Assembly (NCBI RefSeq): GCF_022846255.1
Contig: NZ_AP025682.1
Length of the DNA: 64,000 nt
Direction: 5' to 3' (one strand)
DNA from: Escherichia coli
Lineage (GTDB): Bacteria; Pseudomonadota; Gammaproteobacteria; Enterobacterales; Enterobacteriaceae
In this document: positions 53,069 to 62,490 of the stretch, piece by piece
How positions within the stretch are numbered: the first letter of the stretch is position 1
Layout of the letters: every line of letters starts with the position of its first letter
The notes under the pieces: model-generated
Database searches by the model: none
What the model saw: only the letters and a program-made list of their open reading frames with translations
What the model was told of the DNA's origin: nothing
Program-made: the position numbers and the translations under genes

Positions 53069-53887
53069 TTAAGCAGCCATCTGATGATATTTTTCCCTGA
53101 AGGCTGCCGGGGAGATATTCCCCAGACGAGAGTGACGACGCTGACGATTGTAGAAAATCTCAATGTATTCCCGTATTACTGAGATGGCTTCATCCCGGTT
53201 ATTAAAACGATAGTGGCTCAGGCTCTCATTTTTCAGCGTTCCCCAGAAGCTTTCCATCGGAGCGTTGTCGTAACAGTTACCTTTACGCGACATTGATGTT
53301 TTCAGACCAAACTGCTCCTGTATGACCCGGTAATCGTATGCGCAGTACTGTGAACCTCGATCAGAGTGGTGGATTAGCCCGGCAGGTGGGCGCTGGCTCC
53401 TGAGCGCCATAAACAGGGCTTTACCTGTCAGCTCTTTTGTCATGCGCTCTCCCATGGCGTAGCCGACAATTTCGCACGTATAAACATCTTTGATGCCAGC
53501 GAGGTACAACCATCCCTCCTGTGTGGCAACATACGTCAGGTCCGCCACCCAGACCTAATTTGGTGCTGTAGGAGCGAACGTCTGGTTCAGCAGATTTGGC
53601 GCAACTGGCAGATTGTGGTTCGAGTTCGTAGTCGCTCTGAACTTGCGTTTCTGCTTACAGCGTAGCCTTAGCTCCTTACGAAGACGTGCCAGTCGGTCTC
53701 GACCAACGATGATGCCATTCTCTGCCAGCTCTGTCTGGAGCCGCCGGGTTCCATATGTTTCGCGAGTGCGGATATGTGCCACCTTAATCTCCAGTTTTAG
53801 CCGCTCATCACTTTGTTTTCTGTCTGAGGGTTCATGCTGTACCCAGTTGTAATAACCGCTCCTGGATACACCAAATACCTGACACAT
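53069..53887 (-). pseudogene. IS3-family (IS600-like) transposase OrfB with premature TAG
   Basis: Track ORFs 53555..53887 and 53069..53548 are one DDE transposase (..APTAPN * VWVADLTYVATQEGWLYLAG..HHSDRGSQY..) split by an amber codon where Gln (CAG) is expected. Confidence 0.7.
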
Positions 53888-53964
53888 CGCTTCAATGGGA
53901 AATTGTTGTCGCCATTGTTCGATTAACGCGTATTTTTCAGCGACTCCTGTGCAAAATACGCTGT

Positions 53965-55185
53965 TGTAGATTCAATCTGTCAATGCAACACCCCTTTCAA
54001 TTATCTCTTTCGGTGTTTTGAACTTCAGTGTCTTTCTCGGTCTGTTGTTTAGCTGAGCAGCAACCAGATCTAGTTCATGTTGAGTATATTGGGCAAGACA
54101 TGTCTTTTTAGGAAAGTACTGCCGAATTAGCCCATTTGTGTTCTCATTTGTTCCCCGCTGCCAAGGACTCTGAGGATCGCAGAAGTAAACTTTAACGCCG
54201 GTGCTGACAGTAAATTCTAGATGTCTGGCCAGTTCCATTCCTCTGTCCCATGTCAGTGATTTTCTGAGTTCTGACGGTAAACTCAGGAATTTGTCGGTAA
54301 GAGCCTGATTTACTGAGACAGAATCTTTGCCCCTGAGTCTAAGGATGATCGTATAACGTGATTTTCGGTCTACAAGTGTGGCTATATGAGAGTTTTTTGT
54401 ACCTGAGACTAAATCGCCCTCCCAATGCCCCAGAGAGCGTCTGTTATCGATATTTCGGGAACGTTCGTGAATTGGTGTTCCGTTCACTATGTTAATCGTA
54501 CCTCTTTCGCCTTTGCGGGTATGACGCCTGCCATGGCGAAGGCTATGCGACCGTCGCAGATGCTGTATATTCAGGTGGTGTAGCGCTTCACGGCTACGAA
54601 AGTACAGCGTTTTATAAATTGTCTCAGGTGATATTCGCAGCGTTTTTTGACGTGGTTTTGTTCGCCTTAACCATCCTGATATTTGCTCTGGAGACCATTT
54701 CATCTCCAGCTTTTCCAGAACAAGCTTTCGCAATGGTAAATTTTGATCCAGTAAGCACGGTTTTGGCCTTTTCGCCATTCTGTTGGCTCGGTTATTAGCA
54801 TCAACAGCTTTGTAATAGCGTCTGCCCCGATTACGCTGAACTTCACGTGAGATCGTCGAAGGACTGCGATTCAGCGCAGTAGCTATCGCACGAATGCTCA
54901 TTTTGGCTGACAAACCAGCTCGTATCTCCTCGCGCTCAGACAGTGTCAGGTGAGCTACAGCCCGCTTACGCTCATGGGGTTTTATGCCGCCAGTATCCCT
55001 TAACATAGTGAAGATCGTTCCGGGTTTTGAACCCAGGATATTCGCTATTTCACTGAAGCCTGTTCCGTTCTTCCATAGTTCAAAAACAGAGGCTTTTTCC
55101 TCTGCTGTAAATGTTCGTCTCATTCAAAAAACCTCCGCAACCCCATGTTTTCACATAACTGTTGCGTTGATCAATTGAATCTACA
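53965..55185 (-). mobile_element. IS30 (1221 bp) inserted into the IS600-like orfA
   Basis: Ends TGTAGATTCAATCTGTCAATGCAACA ... GTTGCGTTGATCAATTGAATCTACA; flanked by a 2-bp direct repeat GT; contains one 383-aa transposase. Confidence 0.85.
53972..55123 (-). CDS. IS30 transposase
   Basis: 383-aa ORF MRRTFTAEEKASVFELWKNGTGFSEIANILGSKPGTIFTMLRDTGG... with HTH and DDE regions; apparently intact. Confidence 0.85.
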   Translation of the reverse strand: MRRTFTAEEKASVFELWKNGTGFSEIANILGSKPGTIFTMLRDTGGIKPHERKRAVAHLTLSEREEIRAGLSAKMSIRAIATALNRSPSTISREVQRNRGRRYYKAVDANNRANRMAKRPKPCLLDQNLPLRKLVLEKLEMKWSPEQISGWLRRTKPRQKTLRISPETIYKTLYFRSREALHHLNIQHLRRSHSLRHGRRHTRKGERGTINIVNGTPIHERSRNIDNRRSLGHWEGDLVSGTKNSHIATLVDRKSRYTIILRLRGKDSVSVNQALTDKFLSLPSELRKSLTWDRGMELARHLEFTVSTGVKVYFCDPQSPWQRGTNENTNGLIRQYFPKKTCLAQYTQHELDLVAAQLNNRPRKTLKFKTPKEIIERGVALTD

Positions 55186-55448
55186 GTTGCTTTTTTTAAT
55201 ATATCTCGCTCAAGGCGAGCTTCATTTAACGCCTTACGCAGTTGCAGAATTTCAGATTCCAGTTCAGCCAGCGTGCGGGAACCAGGAGTACCGAGCCCTT
55301 TTCTGGCGGCGGTAACCCATTGTCCTAAAGTGCCTTCAGGAAGAGATAATCGGGAAGCGCCTTCACTGCTCGAAAGTTGATTTTCAAGAACCATTCTGAC
55401 AGCTTCGGCTTTGAACTCTTTAGAGTAACGTTGGGTTTTTCTGCTCAT
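55186..55448 (-). pseudogene. IS3-family (IS600-like) transposase OrfA, C-terminus displaced by the IS30 insertion
   Basis: MSRKTQRYSKEFKAEAVRMVLENQ...LERDILKKAT then the IS30 end; the remaining codons (AYFAQESLKNTR*) resume on the far side of IS30 at ~53925-53962. Confidence 0.7.
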
Positions 55449-55985
55449 TATTAGCTCCTTCTGATGCCATTCTATTTCAGGAAGGAGTGTCCGTTAAACT
55501 CAGGCTACCTCACAACAGGGGACAGACAACGCACGGGATAAAAGGGACGTTTTCGTCAGAATGTTGTTCTGCCGGCGCTGCATGTTCTCCCCGTATTCTG
55601 GCCAGTGTGATGCCAGTGTAAATTCATGTCAAAAAGTGTCAGCGAGAAAATTTACACCTGAAAAAGTCGGTCGTAAAACTGTTTCATGGCGAAACATCAG
55701 GAAGTATGTCAGAAATGTGATCGCTATTGTGGTTTTACGGAAGAGCATAAGGCAAAAAACGGCGGGAAATTCATTGACATTCACGGAGGATAAACAGCAC
55801 CATTTTATTATCCAGCAAGAAAACCGTAATCCCCCTCTGAATCCGGACAAGGTTCGTACTGGCAACATAACCTGAAATGGCACTAATGGCCAGAGCTTAC
55901 TAATACATAATCCCTACAGGATGTAGCCACCAGTTTTGTTCATCCGGTATTCTGATTTGGTAACATGCTCCAGAAAGGAAGAAAT

Positions 55986-57218
55986 ATGTACTGCAATGAA
56001 TTAAAAGAATTTGCGCAAGAGCAGGAACAAAAACTTATCAGTGCGCTTGCTGATACCAGAGAGCACCCGTCCCCCGATGGTGAAACAAGAAGCCGGGATA
56101 ATTATCAACGGGATTACGCGCGTATTCTGTATTCATCATCATTTCGCAGGTTGCAGGGAAAGATGCAACTTTTTGAAATTGATCCTGAAAAATTCAACAG
56201 AAACAGATTAACGCACAGTCTTGAGGTTGCTCAGATCGCCCGAAGTATCGCGTCAGACCTCAAACTGGTTAACCCGGTGGTGGTTGAACTGGCAGCTCTG
56301 GCGCATGACATCGGAAATCCTCCTTTCGGTCATTCCGGTGAAAAACTGCTTAATGAACTGTCTGAAGAAATCGGCGGCTATGAAGGTAATGCACAGGCGC
56401 TACGTATCCTGAGAAAACTGGAGAAGAAATTTTCATACTGCAACGGATTAAATCTGACTCACCGTAGTTTACTTTCGGTTGTTAAGTATCCCGCCCCTCG
56501 CACTGCAACTACTGCCGGCAAGTTCATTTATGATGATGACTTTGATTTTTATACTAACCTGCTTGCTGAAAATCAGCTCGATCTGAATCCCGGAGAGAAA
56601 ACGATTGATGCACAGATAATGGATCTCGCGGATGAGATTGCCTACGCTGCGCATGACCTGGAAGATGCCCTTAGCAGGAACATGGTCACGATTGAAGATA
56701 TTGAATATGAGTTTCAGATTTCTGACGAATTCCGGGGAGCGAGGGAACAGTTCAGGGAAATCGTTACTCAGTCGAGAAACACCGCTTTTCAGGCTAACTT
56801 ACTGAAAACCTCAGAAGAATTTGCCATCATATTCCGCAAGGAGTTAACTTCAAATATTGTCAATCGCCTCGTTGCTGATATTTCTGTAGTAACGAACCTG
56901 AATGGTTTTCAGGAACTGGGATTCGGGAAACTGAATGCGTTATCCGAAGGGCTCAAAAAACTTCTCTTTAAAGTCATCATGCGAAAACGTAATATCCTCA
57001 CCTATGAGTTCAGGGGAAATAAAATAATCAGGGATTTATATGACTTTTACAATGAAGGAGAGAATTATAAATTTCTGCCTCCTGAACTTAAATTCACCTT
57101 ACCCCAACCAGATTCCTGTATATTTGAAATCAGCAAAAAACGAGCAGTGGTTGACTATATTTCAGGTATGATGGATACATTTGCAGTCAAGGAATGGGAA
57201 ACTCACTGTCTGAAGTAA
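55986..57218 (+). CDS. Dgt-family HD-domain dNTP triphosphohydrolase-like protein (dGTPase-like)
   Basis: ORF track 55965..57218; HD motifs RLTHSLEVAQIARSIA and LAHDIGNPPFGHSGE plus EGNAQALRIL; RBS AAAGGAAG before ATG at 55986; AT-rich island gene. Confidence 0.8.
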   Translation: MYCNELKEFAQEQEQKLISALADTREHPSPDGETRSRDNYQRDYARILYSSSFRRLQGKMQLFEIDPEKFNRNRLTHSLEVAQIARSIASDLKLVNPVVVELAALAHDIGNPPFGHSGEKLLNELSEEIGGYEGNAQALRILRKLEKKFSYCNGLNLTHRSLLSVVKYPAPRTATTAGKFIYDDDFDFYTNLLAENQLDLNPGEKTIDAQIMDLADEIAYAAHDLEDALSRNMVTIEDIEYEFQISDEFRGAREQFREIVTQSRNTAFQANLLKTSEEFAIIFRKELTSNIVNRLVADISVVTNLNGFQELGFGKLNALSEGLKKLLFKVIMRKRNILTYEFRGNKIIRDLYDFYNEGENYKFLPPELKFTLPQPDSCIFEISKKRAVVDYISGMMDTFAVKEWETHCLK

Positions 57219-57317
57219 CACTGTCGATTACCAGAGGCGCATATTTTCCCGTTATGGTTATTGCGCCTTTATTCCGTTTCGGTGACAGGTTATTTTAAAT
57301 ATTCTGGAAATGCGTTG

Positions 57318-57887
57318 ATGGGCAAGAACAATTACCCTGAAAATAAATACAGGAAATGGTTTTCCACAGCAATAACATATCTTATTACAGGTGGTTTGTG
57401 CTGGTATATGTTGTGGGCATCCGCTATATCTCATTATACTGTTTTACAAAATACGGTACCTGAATGGACAACATATTTTTGCACCGGTATAATCACCGGA
57501 TCTCTTTCTTTTATTTATGCATTTTATATCCGCACCTTTAACAGAACATTAAAGTATTTATTAAATGCATTCACGGGGGGATTTTGTCTTGGATTTATAC
57601 TGAGTCTGAACTGTTACGATGTCTGTGTTTATCTTTTTCCGGATAAGGTTATTAGCTATGAATCTGAATATGATGTTGTTTTTCCGGGACCATCAAGAGG
57701 AAAGTATGGACATTGTGAAGCGGGACTCTGGTTGAAAGATCAAAACACTTCCAGATGGATACAACTTTGTACAAATAAAGAGTTCCTGCGCAGTCACCAT
57801 AAACAGGGGATGACAGGTGTATGGGTAACAGCTCGTGTTAATAAAATTGGGTCGTATATCGTGAAATATGAATTTATCTATATGTAG
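57318..57887 (+). CDS. hypothetical membrane protein (3 predicted TM helices plus ~90-aa soluble C-terminal domain)
   Basis: ORF track 57261..57887; hydrophobic segments ITYLITGGLCWYMLWASAI, GIITGSLSFIYAFYI, FTGGFCLGFILSLNCY; starts ~100 bp after the dGTPase-like gene on the same strand. Confidence 0.55.
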   Translation: MGKNNYPENKYRKWFSTAITYLITGGLCWYMLWASAISHYTVLQNTVPEWTTYFCTGIITGSLSFIYAFYIRTFNRTLKYLLNAFTGGFCLGFILSLNCYDVCVYLFPDKVISYESEYDVVFPGPSRGKYGHCEAGLWLKDQNTSRWIQLCTNKEFLRSHHKQGMTGVWVTARVNKIGSYIVKYEFIYM

Positions 57888-58303
57888 GTAAAAGCTGACA
57901 TGTTTACCATGGATGAGTTGCTATATTTTTGCGCATACAGGAGTAATCGATTACTGGCTATACTAAAAATACAGAGAAAAGCTATCCCGGGATAAAGATT
58001 ACCAACTCACAGAGACAAGCCTTGCCTTATAAACAGATAAATATCATCAACACAGATTCAGAAGCTGAAGCAGTAAGCCATGGTAAACTGCCTGCTGCCA
58101 GTACAGATAAAACAATCAGTCTCGCTGACTGGCTCTTATCACTATCGTTATTTCATAACTCTACAGTATAACTCATTTATCTTTATTGCCATATATTAGC
58201 ATGAAGTCAGGCATTTTCATTCCCTGCCGATAATATATCAACTCCGGAGAAGTGTTTACTATATATTCCTTGATATTAATACAGATCAAAATATATATTG
58301 CTG

Positions 58304-58738
58304 TTATTCATAATCAGGACCAGATGATACTTCCTGAGATATAAGAAAATCATCAAGAGAACCTCCGGCTTTTATAGCCTCTGCTATGGCCTTAGGCCGA
58401 CGTCCTTGTCCATTCCAGTACATTCTTTTACCGTTATCGTCATACTCGTATTTATGCCCTCCTGACACACTTTTTCTGCCTGCCTGTGACTTTTTGCCAA
58501 ATTCACGATAAAAATCTTCCAGAGATATACCATGTTCATCCATGAGTGATTTGATAGCTTTCATATTTTCCTTTCGCTCATTACGTTGCTGAATAGCTAT
58601 GTCAAAGTTTTCCTTAACCTTATTTAAATCTTCATCAGACATTTCTATAACCAGTTTTTTAACAAAGTCAATACTCAGAAGTAATGCCCGGTAAGTAATG
58701 AACTCTTCATTTTCAAAAGGAATTTTCTTCTTACTCAT
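58304..58738 (-). CDS. H-NS-family nucleoid-associated protein paralogue
   Basis: 144-aa ORF; C-terminal DNA-binding region GRKSVSGGHKYEYDDNGKRMYWNGQGRRPKAIAEAIKAGGSLDDFLI matches the H-NS motif (..Y.Y.DENG...TW.GQGR.P......GKSLDDFLI). Confidence 0.75.
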   Translation of the reverse strand: MSKKKIPFENEEFITYRALLLSIDFVKKLVIEMSDEDLNKVKENFDIAIQQRNERKENMKAIKSLMDEHGISLEDFYREFGKKSQAGRKSVSGGHKYEYDDNGKRMYWNGQGRRPKAIAEAIKAGGSLDDFLISQEVSSGPDYE

Positions 58739-59631
58739 TTATTAACACTCAGCTTTTCATTCATTTATGGCAAATCCTATCAGGTGATTCACCATAAAAA
58801 TAATATGTGTATCACATTTTTCGGTACTTAATCGTCACTTCCTTTCCGAAGGAAAGGCCATCGCAGAAAGTAAGAGAACGTTCTTTGTATTTGATACTTA
58901 GCGAAATTGCGCCGGTCACTACTTGTCTGAGTCCATTCACTTTCGTTAATGTTAATGAGAAAAACCCGCAGTATGATGCGTAATTTCATCAAACTGATGA
59001 AATTCGGTAGCAATCATATATCTGGTGTAGCCTGCATATTCGCAGGAACACGAATATCGATTATACTAATGGACTAACAATCTTCAGCCTCTTCAAGAAG
59101 ATGTTATAAATACACACAGATACTGATTCTCATCCCTTTCAGGCCTGGAACACTATTTCTGCTTTTTAGCATCATCTGGTAGCAATACTTTCCAGGTATG
59201 TCGCCCCATTTTTGTTCGTCTCCATTTTTTTAAGAAGTGCTCAAGTGAAAAACTTTTTACCTCTCCGGGAGTTGTCGTATTTGCTGATATTGTTCGTTTG
59301 TTTAAAGAACCTACTGGTCTTGCCATTAATATTACCTGCTGATTGCTTCACGCCCGGACTCCTCGCACTGTGCGCGGGTTATTGTTTCGTTTTCAGCCCC
59401 GGGGTCGCCAAGGCTCTGGATGGGGTACTACTTCCATTGACAGCATGAGGTAACAATACTGATGGTAACGCTGACCATTAACCGTAAACCACAGGGCATT
59501 TTCAGTAAATCACCGGCAACGCCGCTGCAGGATAAAACGAACACTGCACATAACGTGAAGGCCAGGGAACGGATACCACAGTTGAACGATAAACAGAGCC
59601 CTGCTCTGCTGAAAAAACACCGTGGCGGCAT

Positions 59632-59973
59632 ATGACAAAACGCCAGCGTAAAAACCGTGAGCGTATTAATCGTCTTGTGGAACACTGGCCTGAGTTATTC
59701 AACCGGGAAAAACCCCAACCGCTTAAAGTTGAGATATCTGACGACCTGATACAGGATATCGCCATCAGAGAACTGGCGTTTAGCGCAGGTGCATTACGCG
59801 CGGCAGTAGCGTCTTATGTGCAGTCTCCGCGCTATTACCGTGCGTTAATGGCAGGTGGCGCCCGTTACGACCTGAAGGGGCAACCGTGCGGGGAGGTGAC
59901 ACCACATGAACAGAAAGAGGCAGAGACCCGTTTAATGATGCTGAATGACCGACGAAAAGCCAGAAAGCGTTGA
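59632..59973 (+). CDS. ProQ/FinO-domain RNA-binding protein (small, island-encoded)
   Basis: 113-aa ORF; LRAAVASYVQSPRYYRALMAGGARYDLKGQPCGEVTPHEQKEAETR resembles the ProQ N-terminal domain ([39 protein letters not shown]) as I recall it. Confidence 0.65.
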   Translation: MTKRQRKNRERINRLVEHWPELFNREKPQPLKVEISDDLIQDIAIRELAFSAGALRAAVASYVQSPRYYRALMAGGARYDLKGQPCGEVTPHEQKEAETRLMMLNDRRKARKR

Positions 59974-59977
59974 TTCA

Positions 59978-60772
59978 CTAAGCTGTAATCAATGTACAGC
60001 GCTGTACCGGACGATGGGTAATGGCGGTCACAACCGGTAACCCCAGAGACAATGTGACTGTTTTTAACGCAACATACTGGCCGGATGTATCACCCCGGGC
60101 GACCTGAAAACACTTTTCCACCCGGCATTGTCCGCCAGCGCTTATCACCTGCCAGGTCTGTTGTAGTAAATCCACCAGTTGTGAACATTCTTCATCAACT
60201 GTCACACTGGCTCGCGGATGGCAAATGCTCGTCTGGCTGAGCAGCAACAGGCATCGCATTGTTGCTCCTCCATGTTGTTCCCGCAACCAGCGTAATACCA
60301 CCGGCGATGATGGACTGGCCGTGTGATTACGCTCAGTAATACGTTCGTGCACCTGTCGATAAAAGGAAGTACAGAATGCATAAATCTGTTGCCCGTTGAT
60401 ATTTCCTTCTGCCGAATGGAGTGTGAAGTGAAATGCCAGCAGATGTGGCCAGTGGTCCACCGCCTGCTGAATAAAACGCCGGATATCTCCCGGCTCTGAA
60501 AGTAAGGCTTCGGTTATTTGCACGGAATACGACTCCTTCAGACTCTGTTGAATTTTGTTAAGCCGGTGCAGACACACGGGAAAATACGCATCAACACCGG
60601 CACGATACGATACAAACACCAGTGACTGGTGATACGAATGGAATGACGAATACGTCAGAAAGGAATACCCCCCGCTGGCTGACAGGAGGGTATCAGCAGG
60701 AAGATGAACGGGAATGTCGCCAGCACCAGGGACAGGGCTGATTTCCACAATACCAGCGCCGGCATTTTGCAC
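59978..60772 (-). CDS. hypothetical protein (island cargo, downstream of AlpA-like gene)
   Basis: 264-aa ORF from the track; no family recognised; true start uncertain. Confidence 0.4.
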   Translation of the reverse strand: MQNAGAGIVEISPVPGAGDIPVHLPADTLLSASGGYSFLTYSSFHSYHQSLVFVSYRAGVDAYFPVCLHRLNKIQQSLKESYSVQITEALLSEPGDIRRFIQQAVDHWPHLLAFHFTLHSAEGNINGQQIYAFCTSFYRQVHERITERNHTASPSSPVVLRWLREQHGGATMRCLLLLSQTSICHPRASVTVDEECSQLVDLLQQTWQVISAGGQCRVEKCFQVARGDTSGQYVALKTVTLSLGLPVVTAITHRPVQRCTLITA

Positions 60773-60802
60773 ATCGCCAGCGTACCGGTATTACAACACG
60801 TT

Positions 60803-61132
60803 TCATGCAGCAGCTCCTCGTGACTCCTCGATTCGCTGCTGCATCCACTGCTCCACTTCGCTTTTGTACCAGCGGCTGCTGCGACCCAGTTTGATGGGTT
60901 TAGGAAAATGGCCTTCACTGATCAGCTTGTAAAACCATTTGTCAGTCATACCGGTGAAGCTGGTGATGTAGTTCATGTCGATCAGGGGATCGTCGGCACG
61001 CAGCAACACGCTGTCGTGGCTTATTGTTGTCAACATGGTCAGAATGTCCTCTGTGAGATTTATGAAGGTTGGGCAAATGCGGGTGAATCTGCTGAACGGA
61101 GTTTTCAGAGCTGGCCTGCTACGGGATACCAA
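60803..61132 (-). CDS. AlpA-family phage/island transcriptional regulator (HTH)
   Basis: Track ORF 109 aa; C-terminal part ITSFTGMTDKWFYKLISEGHFPKPIKLGRSSRWYKSEVEQWM matches the AlpA-type HTH; true start probably an internal Met. Confidence 0.65.
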   Translation of the reverse strand: MVSRSRPALKTPFSRFTRICPTFINLTEDILTMLTTISHDSVLLRADDPLIDMNYITSFTGMTDKWFYKLISEGHFPKPIKLGRSSRWYKSEVEQWMQQRIEESRGAAA

Positions 61133-61809
61133 GGATTACCAGCGAGGCAACGGGCTTCCGGATCGCACACTCCACGGCGATCGCGGGCGAAATCACTGAA
61201 CGCCCATATCAACTCTTTGAGGATGTCTTCGCAGTCCGGTGAACGACTGTCCAGCAGCACATCCCGGGTGATCTGCTTCTGGTACGGTGCCGCTTCATCC
61301 GGTGACGCGAAGCCCAGTACGTTGCTCCAGGCATCCAGAATCAACCGATCCAGTTCAGGGCCATCGAAATGCTCCTGTCTGACGCACAGCACCACGTGGT
61401 ATTCCGGCTTTTCCGGATGACGGGTCAGGAGCCAGCAAAGGTCGCGTCCGGGTTTCGCATTCATCAGCGCACTGACGGTTTCGATAAAATCCATACCAAA
61501 CCAGGTCGTTCTGCTGTTGAAGGTATTGTCATATTCACACGGTAGACGAAGCAGGATCCGCCGTACCCGGGAGCAGGACTGTTCACGCAGCGCACGCTCA
61601 AGAACGCCGATGACTTTGCTCTGATAAGATGGCCAGAAGGGGGCAAGGCTATCGTCGAAATAAGGAATAGCATTCATAAGATATGCTCCGTTATGCGCAG
61701 CCCACAACGCGTCCTGCCCGTGAATGAGCTGACGTGTTATGGCTTGCGGATGAGATTGATGGAATAAGTGAAGAACTGAAGCAGAACGGGAAGATAAGGG
61801 ACAGAACAC
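61105..61809 (-). CDS. hypothetical protein (island cargo)
   Basis: 234-aa ORF from the track, same strand and operon-like spacing with AlpA-like gene; no family recognised. Confidence 0.4.
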   Translation of the reverse strand: MFCPLSSRSASVLHLFHQSHPQAITRQLIHGQDALWAAHNGAYLMNAIPYFDDSLAPFWPSYQSKVIGVLERALREQSCSRVRRILLRLPCEYDNTFNSRTTWFGMDFIETVSALMNAKPGRDLCWLLTRHPEKPEYHVVLCVRQEHFDGPELDRLILDAWSNVLGFASPDEAAPYQKQITRDVLLDSRSPDCEDILKELIWAFSDFARDRRGVCDPEARCLAGNPWYPVAGQL

Positions 61810-61923
61810 CGGATACAGGTTCAGGATGAATGATCTCCGTTGACTTCAGTTCACATCATTAATCAATGCGGTAAGTTTTTACCGACGGAGTGTTTCCAGG
61901 AGCGGAGGCTCAGGCCTTAAGCT

Positions 61924-62490
61924 TCAGAAGTGAGGCTTACGAGGACGCCCTGCAGCAGGACGTTCAGGAACTTCATTGCAGCCGTAGGCACACAGCCCGT
62001 CTTTTTGCTCTTCTTTCGCCAGATAATGCAGGGCACCGCGAATATTATCGATGCTTTCAGGATCGTTGTGGCGCACAGGAATGTTGATGTTGTATGTATA
62101 ATGCGGCTGATATGTACAGCGGTGTGCCGAACCGCTGTTATGCGTAATAGACCGCCAGCATTCCGTAATCCGCTCCGCAAAGGGATATATTTTTTTAACC
62201 CTCTGACGATCGATCCAGAAAACCGCATGCGCATGAAAACCATGATCAACCGTCCATTCAATCACCCAGAAGAAGCCAACGATATTTTCAAATTGTTCCA
62301 CCTGCTCCAGCAGCATACGCAACTGCAATTCAAGCCAGCGATGATCAGGTTGTAAGAAATCAGGCGTATCTTTCCTGTAGAAGAAATCCATGCGTAAGGC
62401 CCGCAGGCAGGAATAGCGTGCCATCATTTGATTGATGTGATTGTCAAGTAAAGCGGTAAAAAACCAGTTTGGTGTGTAAGATTTAGGCAT
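61924..62490 (-). CDS. hypothetical protein (island cargo)
   Basis: 188-aa ORF from the track; no family recognised. Confidence 0.4.
   Translation of the reverse strand: MPKSYTPNWFFTALLDNHINQMMARYSCLRALRMDFFYRKDTPDFLQPDHRWLELQLRMLLEQVEQFENIVGFFWVIEWTVDHGFHAHAVFWIDRQRVKKIYPFAERITECWRSITHNSGSAHRCTYQPHYTYNINIPVRHNDPESIDNIRGALHYLAKEEQKDGLCAYGCNEVPERPAAGRPRKPHF

Larger units (their letters stand above)
53036..55512 (-). mobile_element. IS3-family insertion sequence (IS600-like) carrying a nested IS30
   Basis: Imperfect terminal inverted repeats TGAGGTGTACTGGCAATAGCGGACACT (left) / TGAGGTAGCCTGAGTTTAACGGACACT (right, reverse complement); orfA interrupted by IS30; ~1.25 kb once IS30 is removed. 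Confidence 0.7.
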
